A stretch of DNA of 64,000 bases, from the NCBI RefSeq assembly GCF_000497125.1, contig NC_090598.1, positions 186,001 to 250,000 of the forward strand, given 5' to 3'. A program made the translations under genes and the position numbers. Of the stretch, positions 12,126 through 25,382 are shown one piece after another. Source of the DNA: Spironucleus salmonicida (lineage: Eukaryota). Below the pieces are notes generated by a model. The model searched no databases. It saw only the letters and a program-made list of their open reading frames with translations, and was not told the DNA's origin. Position 1 is the stretch's first letter; each line of letters opens with the position of its first letter.

Positions 12126-13826
12126 TCATTTATGCCCACCTAGTAAGGCAGCTATAATTAACGCTTGCTATTCTAAGGGCATACCTATATTTTACTGCTG
12201 ATCCGATCTTTACTATTGCTTAACCATGGTTTCAACGTCCCGTTAAGCCTTTTCTAAGTCGGTCAAAAAACTTTCAGGATACTTCGGCTAATGTTCCTCC
12301 TCATCGGGGAACAATTGAAACATCTTTGGATCATATACAAAATCAGGATCTAACTCAGGAATCGCTTCAGGAGGATTACTATCCAAAAATTATTAAAGTT
12401 CTGAATCTAGAGATGTTTCCGGCGATTCATATGCATCTAGAACGTCCTGATCTATTTCTGAGCTAAAGTCAGACAATAGATCGTCAGATTCAGAATTTTC
12501 TATATTTTTATTTTCTTATTTTTCTTGCTTCTTTCTAATCATCTCACGTACTTTTGGGTTAAAAATCTTTTTAATAAGCTCCTCAGATTCACGGGTTTAA
12601 GATTCCAGTTTTTCTTACTCATTCCGCGCTTCATCAGCTTTCTACTACTAATATTTTGCTCGTACTGCTTCATTTTCAGCAGTTTCTCGTTACAATTTCT
12701 CCTTTTAACGGTTTTAATTTTCGATAGTCCGTAATTAAAATTCCTGCATTTCTGCTAGGCTAGGAACATCCAAATGGGCTACTTTATTTGTTCTTAATTG
12801 ATTAATTTTACCTTAAAAGAGCTCTGTATTTGATTGGAAAAATTAGTGAAAATAGACGTAGACACGTAGCTCATCAGGACGTGAGTTTGGTACGATATTA
12901 TTTTCAATAAAGTCTAAGAAACGCTTTGAATCAAGTTTGTATTACTAAATTTGCCTTAGATCGCACGAAAAGCACTTATGACAGAACTCAAAATTGAAGT
13001 CGAAAAATACGGTTTTGCATTTTTTGCAAATCAGCTCATTAATAATTACGTCCTAATTGAAGATGCTGAACTAAACATCAGATTCAACCCATTTTAAAAC
13101 TTTTTCACTCCTTTGAGAGTATTCTAAAACTGGGTCGTTAGCTCCCTTTTTACACTGGAAGCAGCTTCCATCAAAGTCTGCGAAGCACTGAAAATGCGCC
13201 TTACAACCACAACCCATATTCCTCCATGCATCTCCGGAGACGAAAGGATCAGTGCAAAAAACACACTTATTGGGACTTTCAGCGTTACACAATTTGAGCA
13301 GCTGATGATGGCATAGCTGGCAGGCTCTGCAGTGCGCAAACTAGAATTTCGGGCCGCAGAGTGAACACAATTTGATTCGTTTGCCACACTTGCACGTGAA
13401 ATCGCCGGTTTCGCCGTCAAAAACAACGTTTTCAGCATCGGCTTCTGGCAGTTCGAGACCGCATGAGCAGAGATTTTGAGTGATATTAGGGGAGATTTTT
13501 CTGGTAAAGGTGACAAAATTTTATAGGTTTGGGGCTGCGTTTTCAAGGTAGGATGGCAGGTCGTCTGGTAGCGATAGAAAGGACGGGAAGTTGTTAAAAT
13601 CGTCAATATAAGTACGGATTGAAGCGATTTTTTACGTGTAGTTATCCAGAATACACTAGCTGGGGTTGAGAAGTTTTAATGGCATAAGTGGAATATGCTG
13701 CTTCTGAATGAAAGAGGATGCGAAATAATTTAAATCCTTCGGCGTTAAATGGCCAATTATTAGTTTTTCAAATGATGTAGAGATATTTTAAGGGTTTGTT
13801 ACGTAAAATGTCAACTCTAACGACAT
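12126..13826 (-). CDS. RING/zinc-finger protein, Pirh2/RCHY1-like, with coiled-coil/acidic C-terminus
   Basis: Cys-rich segment, then RING CVFC..GCGCKAHFQCF..SCFQC, then zinc ribbon LICKKC..FCHKCFSC; frame open to TGA 12126. Confidence 0.72.
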
Positions 13827-13952
13827 TTTAAATATATGAACTATAATATATAATAGTGATAAATATATTTTAAATTAGTAGTGCAAAGATAAATGTGTAG
13901 TTATTACTTAGAACGAAGAGAGTTTATATAAAAAATCGTAAATAGTTAAGCA

Positions 13953-15317
13953 TCATTCGCGCCATACGGTTAAATTTTTATACTAGTCAATTTCTTTCTG
14001 GGAAAGTTTGTCTTTTCCCCAATTTTGAGTTTATCTTTACTTCATATCAAAAGGGTGATTCTTTATTCCAAATAACTCTTATACTGATGTCTTACATTAC
14101 GCTTAAAAGAATTTATCCGATTCAGTCGCATATGTAGCTAGAACACATCGTTCTAATATCTCACCTCTGGCCCAGTCAGCAACTGGAACTGGTTCACTAA
14201 CATTTTTGGGTTCTTTAGGTATTTTATACTCAGATTACTATGCAGCAGGAACTAAATCAAATACAGACTATTTATTTTCACTAGGTAAATCACATTAACT
14301 TTCTAATTCTGACTCAATGCTTGATTAACGTCGTGATGCTTCTTATATAGATTTTTACATAATATTTTATTCATTTTAATCTGTTAGTAAAGTGACAGAA
14401 GGAGCGCTACCATGAGCTTGGTCAATATTTTCATTAGCCTATATCTATGGAATCATGATGCATTAGCCCGTAAGGGTTGTATTATCTTAAAGTTCCGTTA
14501 GCAAAGATTAGGATAATTATCTAGAGTTATCAACCAAAAATTGCTATTTGGTATGATGTTCTATTACATCATTGTGAGCATTTTATATTTGCTCCCAGCA
14601 TTGTTTGCTAAATCTTTAATTGCTTAATCTTGTAGACTACACATCAGAATATTATTAAGTTATATTTTATATACTTTACTGTGTGCTATTAAGTTCCTAT
14701 TATAAGTTAATTAGTTCTTACTCTTTAATGGCTTTTTCTTTAGCAAAAGTTTACTCATATTCGAGTTTTTAATTGCGAATTTATTCAATTTCTCCAGATA
14801 GCTATTATTTATATCGAGCACCTGCCTATTAAAGATCTTATGTTACTTTTTATTACTAAATAATGAGTTAATTTTCATAATCTTTAAGTTATTTTGATCT
14901 ATCTTAAAGCTGCCTATCTAACTACTCTAATCTTTATTTTTCTTATTCAATAAGTTGGTATTATTGTTATGTTTTTCTTTCAGCTTCTTATGCTAAAAGT
15001 AATTTTTGCTATGTTTATGACTCTAAATTCTACTAAGCCTTTTAAATAACTTATTTTGGGTTCCTCATAGCATTAATTTTTTCCTTAAGAATTTATAGTG
15101 AATCATATTTCGTTTATCCATCTGAATAAAAACTCTTAGGATATTAAGCACCTCCCCAGCTGTCTTAAAGCTGCGGTAAAGAATTAGATTAATTGAGTAA
15201 TAACAAAACTTATTGTAAAGGAGTAGTAATTTAAGTAAACTACTGAAATAATGAATCTCTTGACTCTACATACCTTTGTGTTATTTTCTCGCCTACAGCA
15301 GCAAGATGTAATGGCAT
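13953..15317 (-). CDS. INCENP-like protein (coiled coil plus C-terminal Aurora-binding IN-box)
   Basis: C-terminus VPVADWARGEILER...DKFF...VQELFG...RQTQNWGKDKLSQKEIDQYK resembles the IN-box pattern (P.WA.G..L; EIF; RTSSANW..D.L...EI). Confidence 0.68.
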
Positions 15318-15380
15318 TTATGAAATTTTGTGATATTAATATGTTATATTATATAATAAAAATAAAAATAAATTTTTAAA

Positions 15381-15764
15381 ATGGATAATTAAAATAATTT
15401 AATAGATCCTACTTACTACAACACATTATCCTCATATTTTTCGCAATCAAATTAACAACTATCTTAATTCTATAAGAATTAAGAATTATATGCGAGGAGT
15501 TCCACAATTTTAGATTTAACACGTTTTTGCTAGTTTTGTCAATCTCCTGATATAATTTTTACAACCAGAATAATACCGAATCAAAAAAACAGTTAAAGAT
15601 CAGAATTTTAGATCATTTTATGTAAGTACTGTCATAGAACAAAAAAGTTAAAATTACGATAATTATAAGAATCATAACAAGATGAGCAAAAACTTTGCAT
15701 CTAGTAATAAATAGATCCTCGTAAATAAAAAATGTTAGAGTTGTTAAGAAAAGGGAAAAAATGA
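15381..15764 (+). CDS. RNase P/MRP Rpp21/Rpr2-like zinc-binding subunit
   Basis: RFCQFCQS...TTRI...IILCKYCHRTKK (two CxxC pairs), 127 aa. Confidence 0.6.
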
Positions 15765-15766
15765 AT

Positions 15767-16372
15767 TCATTTTGATTTTTCACTCTATGACTATTATGGA
15801 TTTCTGAGATTGAAATAAATTCCTTTCAGAATAACGAAGATTATACACAAAATGTATAATACATACTATTTAATATATAAATATGTTATCGAACTAAAAA
15901 TAGAAGGAATAAATCCATTAAAGTTTAAATATTCCCATGCGTTAGCAGAATCCTGTATACATATCGGAGAGTTACTATTAAATGGTTGAGTTCTTGATAA
16001 CATACTAGCAATCAGATTTGGTACTAACAGTACAATTATGTATTTATTACCAACTTTTTATAATGATGTTTGAACAATAAAAAAGATCGATGAAATAACT
16101 GAAAATGGCAAGAATGCAGTGAGATAAATATGAGTTGAATTATCAATAAGAAACACAACCCAAGGACTCAATACAAATGGTAAGAATACAAAATATCTGT
16201 AAAATTTAGGGGATGAAAATAGGCAATATGAGATTGGAAAGATAAAAGACATAAAAATATCTGAAAATAGATTTAACTTAGATATTAATGGCCCAATTTT
16301 ATCTATGAGTTACTATATAATAATTTATTGGTTTGAAAGAATAATGCCTTCAAAATCCGAATCTATTATCAT
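15767..16372 (-). CDS. Multi-pass membrane protein, unknown function (201 aa)
   Basis: Extends track ORF 16058..16252 under code 6; several hydrophobic segments. Confidence 0.6.
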
Positions 16373-16485
16373 TTTAGAGGTTAGATATAAATTAATTATT
16401 TAAATTATATTATAATTACAAAAACTAAATTATTATTATAAAACATATCTAGTAAATAAGTGAAATCGTAATCTTATTAAAGGAA

Positions 16486-16920
16486 ATGAACTATCATGCA
16501 TTAAATAGCATAAAACCAAAAGTGTTAATAAACAGACCTTTTCCATAGATGTCATTAAGATGGAATCAGCTTAACAATGATAATGCCGAAATTATCCGCG
16601 AAAAAGTTGTCCTGCCATATGAATAACATACTTAGCATATTAAAGAGACGCTTTAATCCGGAGATAACCATGAATAGGCATTTACAAACTAAGAGCTGAA
16701 AGACTTGAAGCTTAAAACCTCATACGTGCACTATGATCACAACTGGGATCATATCAAAGATATGGAACTTTAAATTTAGGCTACACAGGAATAATTGGAT
16801 AAATTGGCATTATCTAATTCGATAAGAAGAACTAACTTTTAAAAGAAAAGAGAAAGCAGCGATGCTGTAGAATTACTACTAAAAAGTTAATAAATTGTTT
16901 TTGGTCTATAAAAGAAGTGA
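16486..16920 (+). CDS. Hypothetical protein (144 aa)
   Basis: Open frame ending AAG-TGA. Confidence 0.65.
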
Positions 16921-16957
16921 TAATTTATATATTTTTAATTATTTGTTTTCCGGAAGA

Positions 16958-17455
16958 ATGACAGTAAAAATTTAATCAATTAAACCTCAATTTTTAATAA
17001 CGAAACCTTACCCTATAAAAAGCGAAAAGTATCCTGCATTAAGTAATAGATACAACACACGAGCAGCTAAAGCAACCATTGAATCTCCGATCGAATTACA
17101 AACACGAAGAATCATTGAAAACGTCAACCCAACGTCAAGGTCTCCATCCAATTATACTAAAATACGTGCAATATAATATTTATCATAAGCGATTGATCAA
17201 TCAATGTTAGGAAAAACGTATAATACAAACGCAACAAGATAAACTGTTAATTATAATCCTAAAATAGAATAAATTGAAGATAATATTAAGAATTTAGAGA
17301 ATTAATTGGATTTTGTAAGCATACACAGAGAAAAAATTTGTTCTAATTTATCTCGTACGTACTCACCATTAAAACAATCCTAACCATTGCGATAAATTAA
17401 AGACTTGACCTAAGTAAAAATTTTGGTATGGAATTATGAAAAACACTTTTAGTGA
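16958..17455 (+). CDS. Hypothetical protein (165 aa)
   Basis: Open frame ending TAG-TGA. Confidence 0.65.
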
Positions 17456-17468
17456 TTATGGATAATTA

Positions 17469-18161
17469 TCATTTTCTAGATTTTTTAGCTTTATCTTCCC
17501 TGTAGCACTTACCAGAGTCAAACCACTATCCACAAATATCAGTTTTACTATACAGCTTATCACAGAGATCCTTAGCATCTAAAACACGCTAGTCGCTACT
17601 ACTACTACTCTCGTCATCAATTTCATCATCCCTAATTTTTTTCTTCTACTTTCCACCTCTGGTACTCCTAGTATTGTGCATATGCTATATATTCTCTTAT
17701 TATTAAAATTATCTTTCGTCAATCAAATGCCGTTACTTCATCTCTTCAATAAATTTTTAAAAGTCAGTTTCTGTATTTGCTTTAATAATTTCCTTAATTT
17801 CCTCAATATCAACACCTAAGGCAGCAGCTTCCTCACTAGATAGACCTGTTTCTGCGTTTTCCCAAGCTCTAATAATTTTTTATAGAATATCCACATGATG
17901 AGCAGAAGGGACACGGAAAATAACTAAAGTTTAATTTATATCTATATCTGTATCAAATCTTAATCTTTAAGTTTCCATGCCTTCAAGGGCAAACTCCAAC
18001 ACGGCTCTAGCATTAGGTGCAAACGCATGCTTGGCAATGATAAATTAGTGTAAAAATGCTAACTTTATAGAATGTCCCATTGGAATTTTAATTTCAAATG
18101 TTGAAGATCTATCAAAAGCAAATTTGTAATAAATTTTATGGTCTTAGTTGACCTAGTGCAT
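17469..18161 (-). CDS. DWNN (ubiquitin-like) domain protein, Mpe1/RBBP6-like, short form
   Basis: N-terminal IYYKFAFDRSSTFEIKI...LVIFRVP matches the DWNN pattern (YYKF...RRVP). Confidence 0.6.
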
Positions 18162-18345
18162 GATTGGAAGGGGAATTCAATAAACTATTATTATATAATA
18201 TTAATAAAATAGTTATAAAATTTAAAGATAAAAAAGTGAGTTCTTAATTATCGTATTTTAAAGTTGTGTTACTGACAAAGCAGAATTAAGAAGATTTAGG
18301 TTAAAAAATTAACAATAATAATATTCTAAGTTTAAAAATAAGATA

Positions 18346-18783
18346 TCACAAAGATTTCTTATACCCGACAATACCTTGATAAATTTCTTTCAATCCATCA
18401 AAAATAGCTGTATTATTATTTGAAAAATCAATATCGTTTAGATTTAAAGAAATCTATGCTGATTTATAAACTTCTTAGAAAACTTTCAGATTCAATTCTT
18501 ATTATTTCTATAAATGCTCAATCATAAGTTCTTACTCTTTAATTAAATTCTATGCATCTTCATCATCTTCCATTTGATACTCGACCTCAACTCTTGATTC
18601 AATTTTATTGATCTCTTCCTCTTTATCTAGTAAATAATCTATTTTAAACTATTACTAAGATTCAATTTCATTATATTTAGATATTAACTTTTATTCTAGC
18701 TCAGTAGCTGGATTGAGAGATTCTAAATATTCTAATCGCCTTAACATTTCAGGAACCTCTATACACTTTCTAGGTCTTGGCAT
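18346..18783 (-). CDS. Hypothetical acidic protein (145 aa)
   Basis: MPRPRKC... open frame to TGA. Confidence 0.65.
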
Positions 18784-18928
18784 TTGTAAGTACGAAAATT
18801 AGAATTATTATATATATTTTATTTTATTTCTATGATATTTGAAAACAAATCCATATAAAAAGATTATGATTAAATATTATTTATTATATTGTTTTTCTTT
18901 CCATTTCATTCCTTTTTAAAAGTTCAGA

Positions 18929-20062
18929 ATGGCGGATTTACGAATTGCAGGAAAATATTAGCTACAAACTCGTATAGGCCATGGAGCATTTGGTGAAATC
19001 TACAGAGGTATAGCTTTAGCAACTAATGAACCAATAGCTGTTAAACTTGAACCGGCAGATGCGAAGCCTCCTCAACTTTTATATGAATCAAAGATGTACA
19101 AACTACTTATGGGTGGTGTCGGGATCCCATATATTTATTATTTTGCTTAAGAAGGCGAATACAATGTTTTAGTAATGGATCTACTAGGTCCTTCACTTGA
19201 AGACCTATTTTCTCTTTGTAAGAGATAATTCAGCCTTAAGACTACTTTGATGCTAGCTGATTAAATGGTTACTAGAATAGAATATCTTCATTTAAAAACG
19301 TTTATGCACAGAGATTAAAAACCTGATAATTATTGTATTGGAAGAGGAAGAAGAAAATCAACTGTTTATTTGATTGATTATGGTCTTTCTAAGAGATATT
19401 TAGTCGGAGGCAACCATATACCTTACAGAGAACACAAAGCTTTAACTGGTACTGCGCGTTATTGTTCTATTAATACACATCTTGGTATTGAACAGTCTCG
19501 TCGTGATGATTTAGAATCATTGGGTTATATTTTTGTTTATTTCCTCCGTGGCTCTTTACCTTGGTAAGGCCTCCGTGCTTAAACTAAAAAGCAAAAATAT
19601 GAAAAAATACTTGAAAAAAAGCTAGGATGTCCTATAGAATAATTATGCCGTGGTTATCCATCTGAATTTTCAGCGTTTTTGCATTACTGCCGTTCATTAC
19701 GATTTGACGATCGTCCAGATTATGCTTATCTCAGAAAACTTTTCCGCGAATTATTTGTGCGCGAAGGCTTTGTTTACGATTATGTGTTTGACTGGAATGT
19801 AGCAGGTTATGATACTGATACATATCACGAAACTAAGTAGAAAGAGTAAGGGCCTAAGTCAGATAATGATGATGAAGGCGGTGCTGAGGGAGGTTCTGTT
19901 CATGCTTCAGATAAAGGCAATGGAGAGGAAAAGAAAGCTGAAAAGGCTGAAAAATCTGTCACTAGATCAAGACGTGGCTCTGAGTATATCCGTACATAAG
20001 AAAGATAGAAAGAAGCTGACATTAGAAAATAAACTAAATTTGGTGGAACGTTCCATTTCTGA
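18929..20062 (+). CDS. CK1: Casein kinase 1
   Basis: [61 protein letters not shown]. Confidence 0.97.
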
Positions 20063-20116
20063 GTTATACTTTTTATAACATAATAATATTATTAATATTT
20101 CATTTCATTTTTATTA

Positions 20117-20680
20117 ATGTATCATATTTAAGCCACATCTTTAACACTAGAGTAAATAGTTGACCTCTGCTATCTTATACACCCTTCTTTCATGAACGAA
20201 TAATTATGTAGTAGATGCAGAATGCCTCAAAAGCTGCTGATGGAAGTATCACCAAATGCTCAAGTTTTCTAATATCACTGCAAATGTGGTATCGCTCCAG
20301 CAGCAGAAACATACATATTTAATCAAGCATTTTCAGCAGCACCATTCGAAATTGTGCCAATTTTTGTTAAAACAGCACAAATGGGATAGGCAGTTGGCTG
20401 TGCATTCTACGCACCACTTACATATGAGTCTGGGAAAATGTGCATTTTGAACAAAGGGTTCGACCGGTCAGTTACTGAATTCCGAACCGAACTGATGTAT
20501 AAAATGGGTTCCAGAGGTACCGTTGCGATTTTCTGCGATACAAGTATTTTCGAGTGGTTCGCAGATCTGATTTGCGTAAAAGTTGAAAATGGAGATTAGG
20601 CCTATAAGGACTCTATTGAAAAAGTTGAGGTTATTGCCGAGAATGCTAGCTATTTGAGTCGCGTTTAGGGGTGGGCATGA
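20117..20680 (+). CDS. Hypothetical protein with N-terminal zinc-ribbon-like CxxC...CxC (187 aa)
   Basis: LCSRCRMP...YHCKCG; AGTGA follows the stop. Confidence 0.65.
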
Positions 20681-20764
20681 TACTAGTGATTAATTAGAAT
20701 ACTTGTTGTGAGAAATAAAAAAGTAGTATATAGTTATTATATGAAATATATTGAACTAGTTAAA

Positions 20765-21355
20765 ATGCTCTAAGCCTTAGCAATTTCTGTCATGGTTAAT
20801 GGTTATAAATGTTTTTATGCTACTGTTCCTTAAACAGATATATTAGTGTTTAAATATAATACTACTGATATTTCTGATGATCGTAGAGGGAATATTGAGA
20901 TTCATTTTAACTATACAATTCATGACTCAGTTGGCACAGCTTTGAAAAGTGGAATTATAACTGGTATTGGCAAAGAAGAACTATCTGTTTCAAATGGTTA
21001 GTATTCGGTATGTTTAGATGTTCATATACCAGAAAATACAAAATATTCATCAAAATAACATTCTAGGGTGATCAGGCGTTTAGATATTGTATTTAGTGGT
21101 TCTAATGATATTGATTAATCTGCTGACACAACAGAAAATGATATTGGTAAGGCTGATTATTTAGTCAGAAAATCTAAAGCTATTGGCAGTCAATAGTCTG
21201 GTTCAGAATATAGAAGAGTAAGAATTGAAAAAGCCGGAAAACATTTAAAGGTTTAAAGCAAAATAGCCACAATGTTCACATGTGTTGTTTACATTGTTTT
21301 GACAATTTTATCGTCTAAATTTATTAAAAATTATTTAAAGTCAAAACGCATCTGA
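20765..21355 (+). CDS. p24/emp24/gp25L (GOLD domain) family cargo receptor
   Basis: KCFY near the N-terminus, GQYSVCL, coiled region, C-terminal TM and basic tail IKNYLKSKRI*. Confidence 0.72.
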
Positions 21356-21402
21356 TAATATTATTTTATTTTATATACTATTGATAACTATATATTTTAA
21401 AA

Positions 21403-22812
21403 ATGCCGCCAAAAGCTGATAACTCCAAGGCTAAGAAAAAAACACCAGAACCAGAATATAGAGATGATAAAGGTAACCCTATTCCGTTTGAAGATTACAT
21501 TCAACTACTTAAAAGGAAATATATGGCATTTTGCAAAAACGCTAATGTTAATGGATACAATATTCTATTAGAGAAAATCAAAAACTCAATAGATTCAGAT
21601 GATAAAACTCTAGTTGGTGTACCATTTACTACACTTACTATTGGTGGAAACGTTACTCCAGCTCAAATACCTCCAACTATGGCCTTTATTGAGCTATACA
21701 ATAAGCTCACTCGAGTGTCGTTTTCTGGTGTTTGTTTAACTGATGAAGCAATGTAGTCTATTGGAAAATGTATTTCAATCACTAAAACGATTAGATATAT
21801 GCAGTTTATAGACTGCAAAATATCTGCAAATGGTATGAAAGAATTCTTTAATACCGTACCCCTTTCTGGATTGTAGTCATTCTCAATTGAGGGAAATGAG
21901 ATGTCTTCGGAGTCTATTATCGGCCTTGGATTAATGGTAGAAAAGTATATTTAAATGTGTAGGTAAACTGCATAGGCTGCTATTGAGGAAGCTGCTGCTA
22001 AACACTAAGAAGAATTAGAGAAAATCGAGAGAGAAAATGCAGCTAAAAAATCAAAAAAGAAACCTAAAGTTTGGAAGGCCAAAAAAGGTGAAATCATAAT
22101 TTTTGATAAAACCGTTGATGATATTTTCTATAGTTACTTCAATCTTAGAAGCATTTCAATGATATCTTGCGGATTAAACCCTTTGCATGCACCAGCAATA
22201 GGTGTTTTTGTTGAAAAAGTTGCTCCATTTTTATCATAAATTATTTTTAGAAATTAAGAATTTGGTGCAATTGGCATAGGAGAAGTGGGGTCAGGATTAC
22301 TACGAGCTAGTTAAAAACTGAGTCAGTAAATGAAAACGAAAGCTGATTAGTAGCACCCTAACGAACGTGAAACCTACACTGGAAATCAGCTTTTACTACT
22401 AGAAGAAATGGAGTTTAAACAGTGTTGTATTTAGGAAGACTAGAGAAATGCATATGCTAGGTTTAATGAAGGAATTTTATAATGTGGGAGGCTTAAAACT
22501 ATCGTCCTAACTGACAATGTTCTAGAGGAGTAAATCAACTGGATTATTCCATGTTTGATAATGCAAAAATCATTGATTAAAGCAGTTTTACCAGAGAAAT
22601 GCAACTCATTGATGGTTAAGGATCTGAGTGTTAAATTAAGGGAGCACCGGAAGGCGTAAGATGACTGGACGAAACTCGCGAAGAAAATGGCAAAGGAAGC
22701 CAAAAAGGCAGCGAAACTAGCCAAAAAGAACAAGGTACCAGTTCAGCCAGTAGTTGCTGAGGCGCCTTCTGAGAGTACAGGGTCGAAACCCGCGACTGCT
22801 ACTGTAGAGTGA
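21403..22812 (+). CDS. RNI-like leucine-rich repeat protein (469 aa)
   Basis: Track ORF 21403 continues through TAG to GAG-TGA; repeats such as LTRVSFSGVCLTDEAM, IRYMQFIDCKISANGM, LQSFSIEGNEMS. Confidence 0.7.
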
Positions 22813-22821
22813 ACGAATCTC

Positions 22822-23676
22822 TCACTTTATGTTTAGAGGAAATACTGCCTTGTGCTTGTTTCTTTCGTGAATTTCGAAAAGTCTAATCTTAAACTCTTTG
22901 AAGTCGGAAAGTTCATATGCAGAGAGTGTTTTTTCGTAGAGATCTAATTCATTCGTCCTCACCAGTTCAGTTATTAATTCAACATGATCATAGCTCCACC
23001 CAATTTCATTTTCATCAGTTTAACCTGCCCAGAGATCTGCTGATGGAACTGCTTCTACTAGCTATTTTGCTAGTCCTAAAAATCTACCAACCTCGTATAC
23101 TTCGCTTTTGTGTAAATCATGTATGAGTTGAACATCACTAACACCATCACCTGCCTTACTAAAGTAATAAAGAAAACCGTCTTCGTCATAATTACCTGTA
23201 CCTACAACACAACCATTGGTCATCTGTGCAACATAGAATGCAACTGGAGTTCTCATATAGCTGCGTAAATTTCCACGTGCAAAGTCACTGGAATTCATAT
23301 CTAACGCAGTATCAACTTTCTTAAATAATGAATCAAAAATTTCTGTCTGATCTACTGTAATCAGGTCACCAAAATCTTTTAGAAGTAATGCACGATCCTG
23401 GATTTAAGCAGTAGAGTGAATTGGTTAAAGGACACCTAACACTCGCTAAATCGGGGAATTTGGTTAATGTTAAGCATAATTTGCTAATGCAAAGGTTACT
23501 GAAGAGTCGATGCCGCCTGAAACTGATACAACAACAGTTTTCAAGGGTGTTGTAGCTAAATAGTTATTAAACTGAATGCAACGGGAATTAACCCACTATT
23601 CGGCATTAAAATTCCTATTTTTCCGTAACAGGTTAAGTTTATCTTGGAAAACCGGTGATAGTTTAGTTTTGTACAT
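22822..23676 (-). CDS. nadE: NH3-dependent NAD+ synthetase (single-domain, prokaryote type)
   Basis: VSVSGGIDS, ARGNLRSYMR, VVGTGNYDE, YFSKAGDG, LHKSEVY, PSADLWAGQTDENEIG; no glutaminase domain. Confidence 0.93.
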
Positions 23677-23835
23677 TTAAAGGAAAGATAAATTAACTAA
23701 AAGAATATAATAAATATAAGCTTTAATATATAATAATATAGTTCGAAAATTATTGTAATTGAGAAAAAGTAGTAACCAAAGCTATGTACTAAGTTATTTA
23801 AACAATTATCACAAAATTAACTAAAAGCTAAATAA

Positions 23836-24849
23836 TCAAAATCTAATTTCACCATCAAAGGTTGACTATGAGCTACCTGAGTTTTAAGTACTTCCACGTA
23901 AAGAAATATTTGAATTAGAAAAATTCTACTATTACAAAGATTTGAATGCTTGAATATTATCTGTATCAATTCCTTTCATAACCCAATCAAATAGTGTATC
24001 ATATATTTAATTACATCTTTCCAAGCAACTAGCAAAAGTTTTCTTGATATAAGAGTAGTCAGGCCTATCTGTAAATCTTAAAGATCGTGCATAATGAACA
24101 AATTCTTTAAGTTCAGGAGGAGTTCCTCTACATAATTCTGAAACAGATACAGACACTTTGCTTTCCATAATTTTTTCGTATTTTTCCTTTTTCCCACCTC
24201 TTATACCTTACCAAGGTAAACTACCTCTCATAAAATAAACTAAAATATAACTAAGACTTTCTAAGTCATCTCTTCTACTTTATTCAATACCTAAATGTGT
24301 GTTAATAGAACAATATCTAGGTGTTCCAGTGAGAGCCTTTTATTCTCTATACGGTATATGCCCATCTGAATTTGTTTAGTAACGCTTAGATAAACCATAA
24401 TCAATTAAAAACACTGTAGTCCTCTCTTTACCAAGTCCTATGCAATAATTATTAGGTTTTTGGTCTCGATGGATGAAAGTTTTATGATGAAACACTTCTA
24501 ATCTATTTAACATTTATATACCTAACAACATTGTTGTCTTTAATGAAAATTTCCTTTAACATGACTAAAATATATGCTCAAGACTAGGCCCTAGCAAAGT
24601 CATCACTAACCAATTTGACTCTTCTTCTTAGCTAAAGAAATATATTTATGGAAAACCTTTTTCTCCAGCTAAAGTTGAGAATATGCGAGACTCATAAACA
24701 AGCTATGATGGTTTTGCATCCACAGACTCGCGTTTAACTGCAACAAATGAGCTTTTACTAGTTATAACTTTAGCAAAAAATACCTAACCAAATGCACCCT
24801 AGTCTATTTTTGATACAATCTAATATTTTCCTCCAATTTTTTCATTCAT
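23836..24849 (-). CDS. CK1: Casein kinase 1, second (divergent) paralogue
   Basis: [52 protein letters not shown]. Confidence 0.95.
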
Positions 24850-24891
24850 CTTATCAATGTATTAGTTTATATTATATTCTATATTAATATA

Positions 24892-25314
24892 ATGCAAAAT
24901 AGCATTATTCTTTAAGTAATAGATGCAACCGGCTGCTCAGTAAAGCAATCAATCTATTTGCTATTATTATCTTAAAATAATTTACAGATGGCTGTAAAAC
25001 TATTTAGAAACGAAAACCTAACACCAGAGCGATAAGAATTGTCAATAATTAAATAACTGAGATAAGTACCTTCAGCTGTTACATAGTTAACTAAATCACT
25101 TTAGTAATCTTCATCTACACCTTTGAAGTTTGCAAAATTTTAATATAGAAGCTATAATTAAACAATAGCGATTTATAAAACTACAACAGTTCAGTCTGTA
25201 TTGAAATAATTATAAAAGAAATGGAAAGTATAGTTTATTTTATAAGGTAAATAGGTGATATAAAAATGTAAACTAATAAGTCAGTTTGATTTATTAGAGT
25301 TTTAGTGTTTATGA
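24892..25314 (+). CDS. Small protein with N-terminal UBA-like domain (140 aa)
   Basis: ILQVIDATGCSVKQSIYLLLLSQNNLQMAVKLF resembles a UBA-like three-helix motif. Confidence 0.55.
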
Positions 25315-25382
25315 TTTTGATATGACAAATTTCAAATATTAATAATATATTATATAATAATATATGTTATCGTTTTAGCGCA

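Noticed and set aside
20117-20330. Zinc ribbon resembling the N-terminus of ISXO2/IS1595-like transposases
   Set aside because: No recognisable DDE catalytic motifs, terminal inverted repeats or target duplication.
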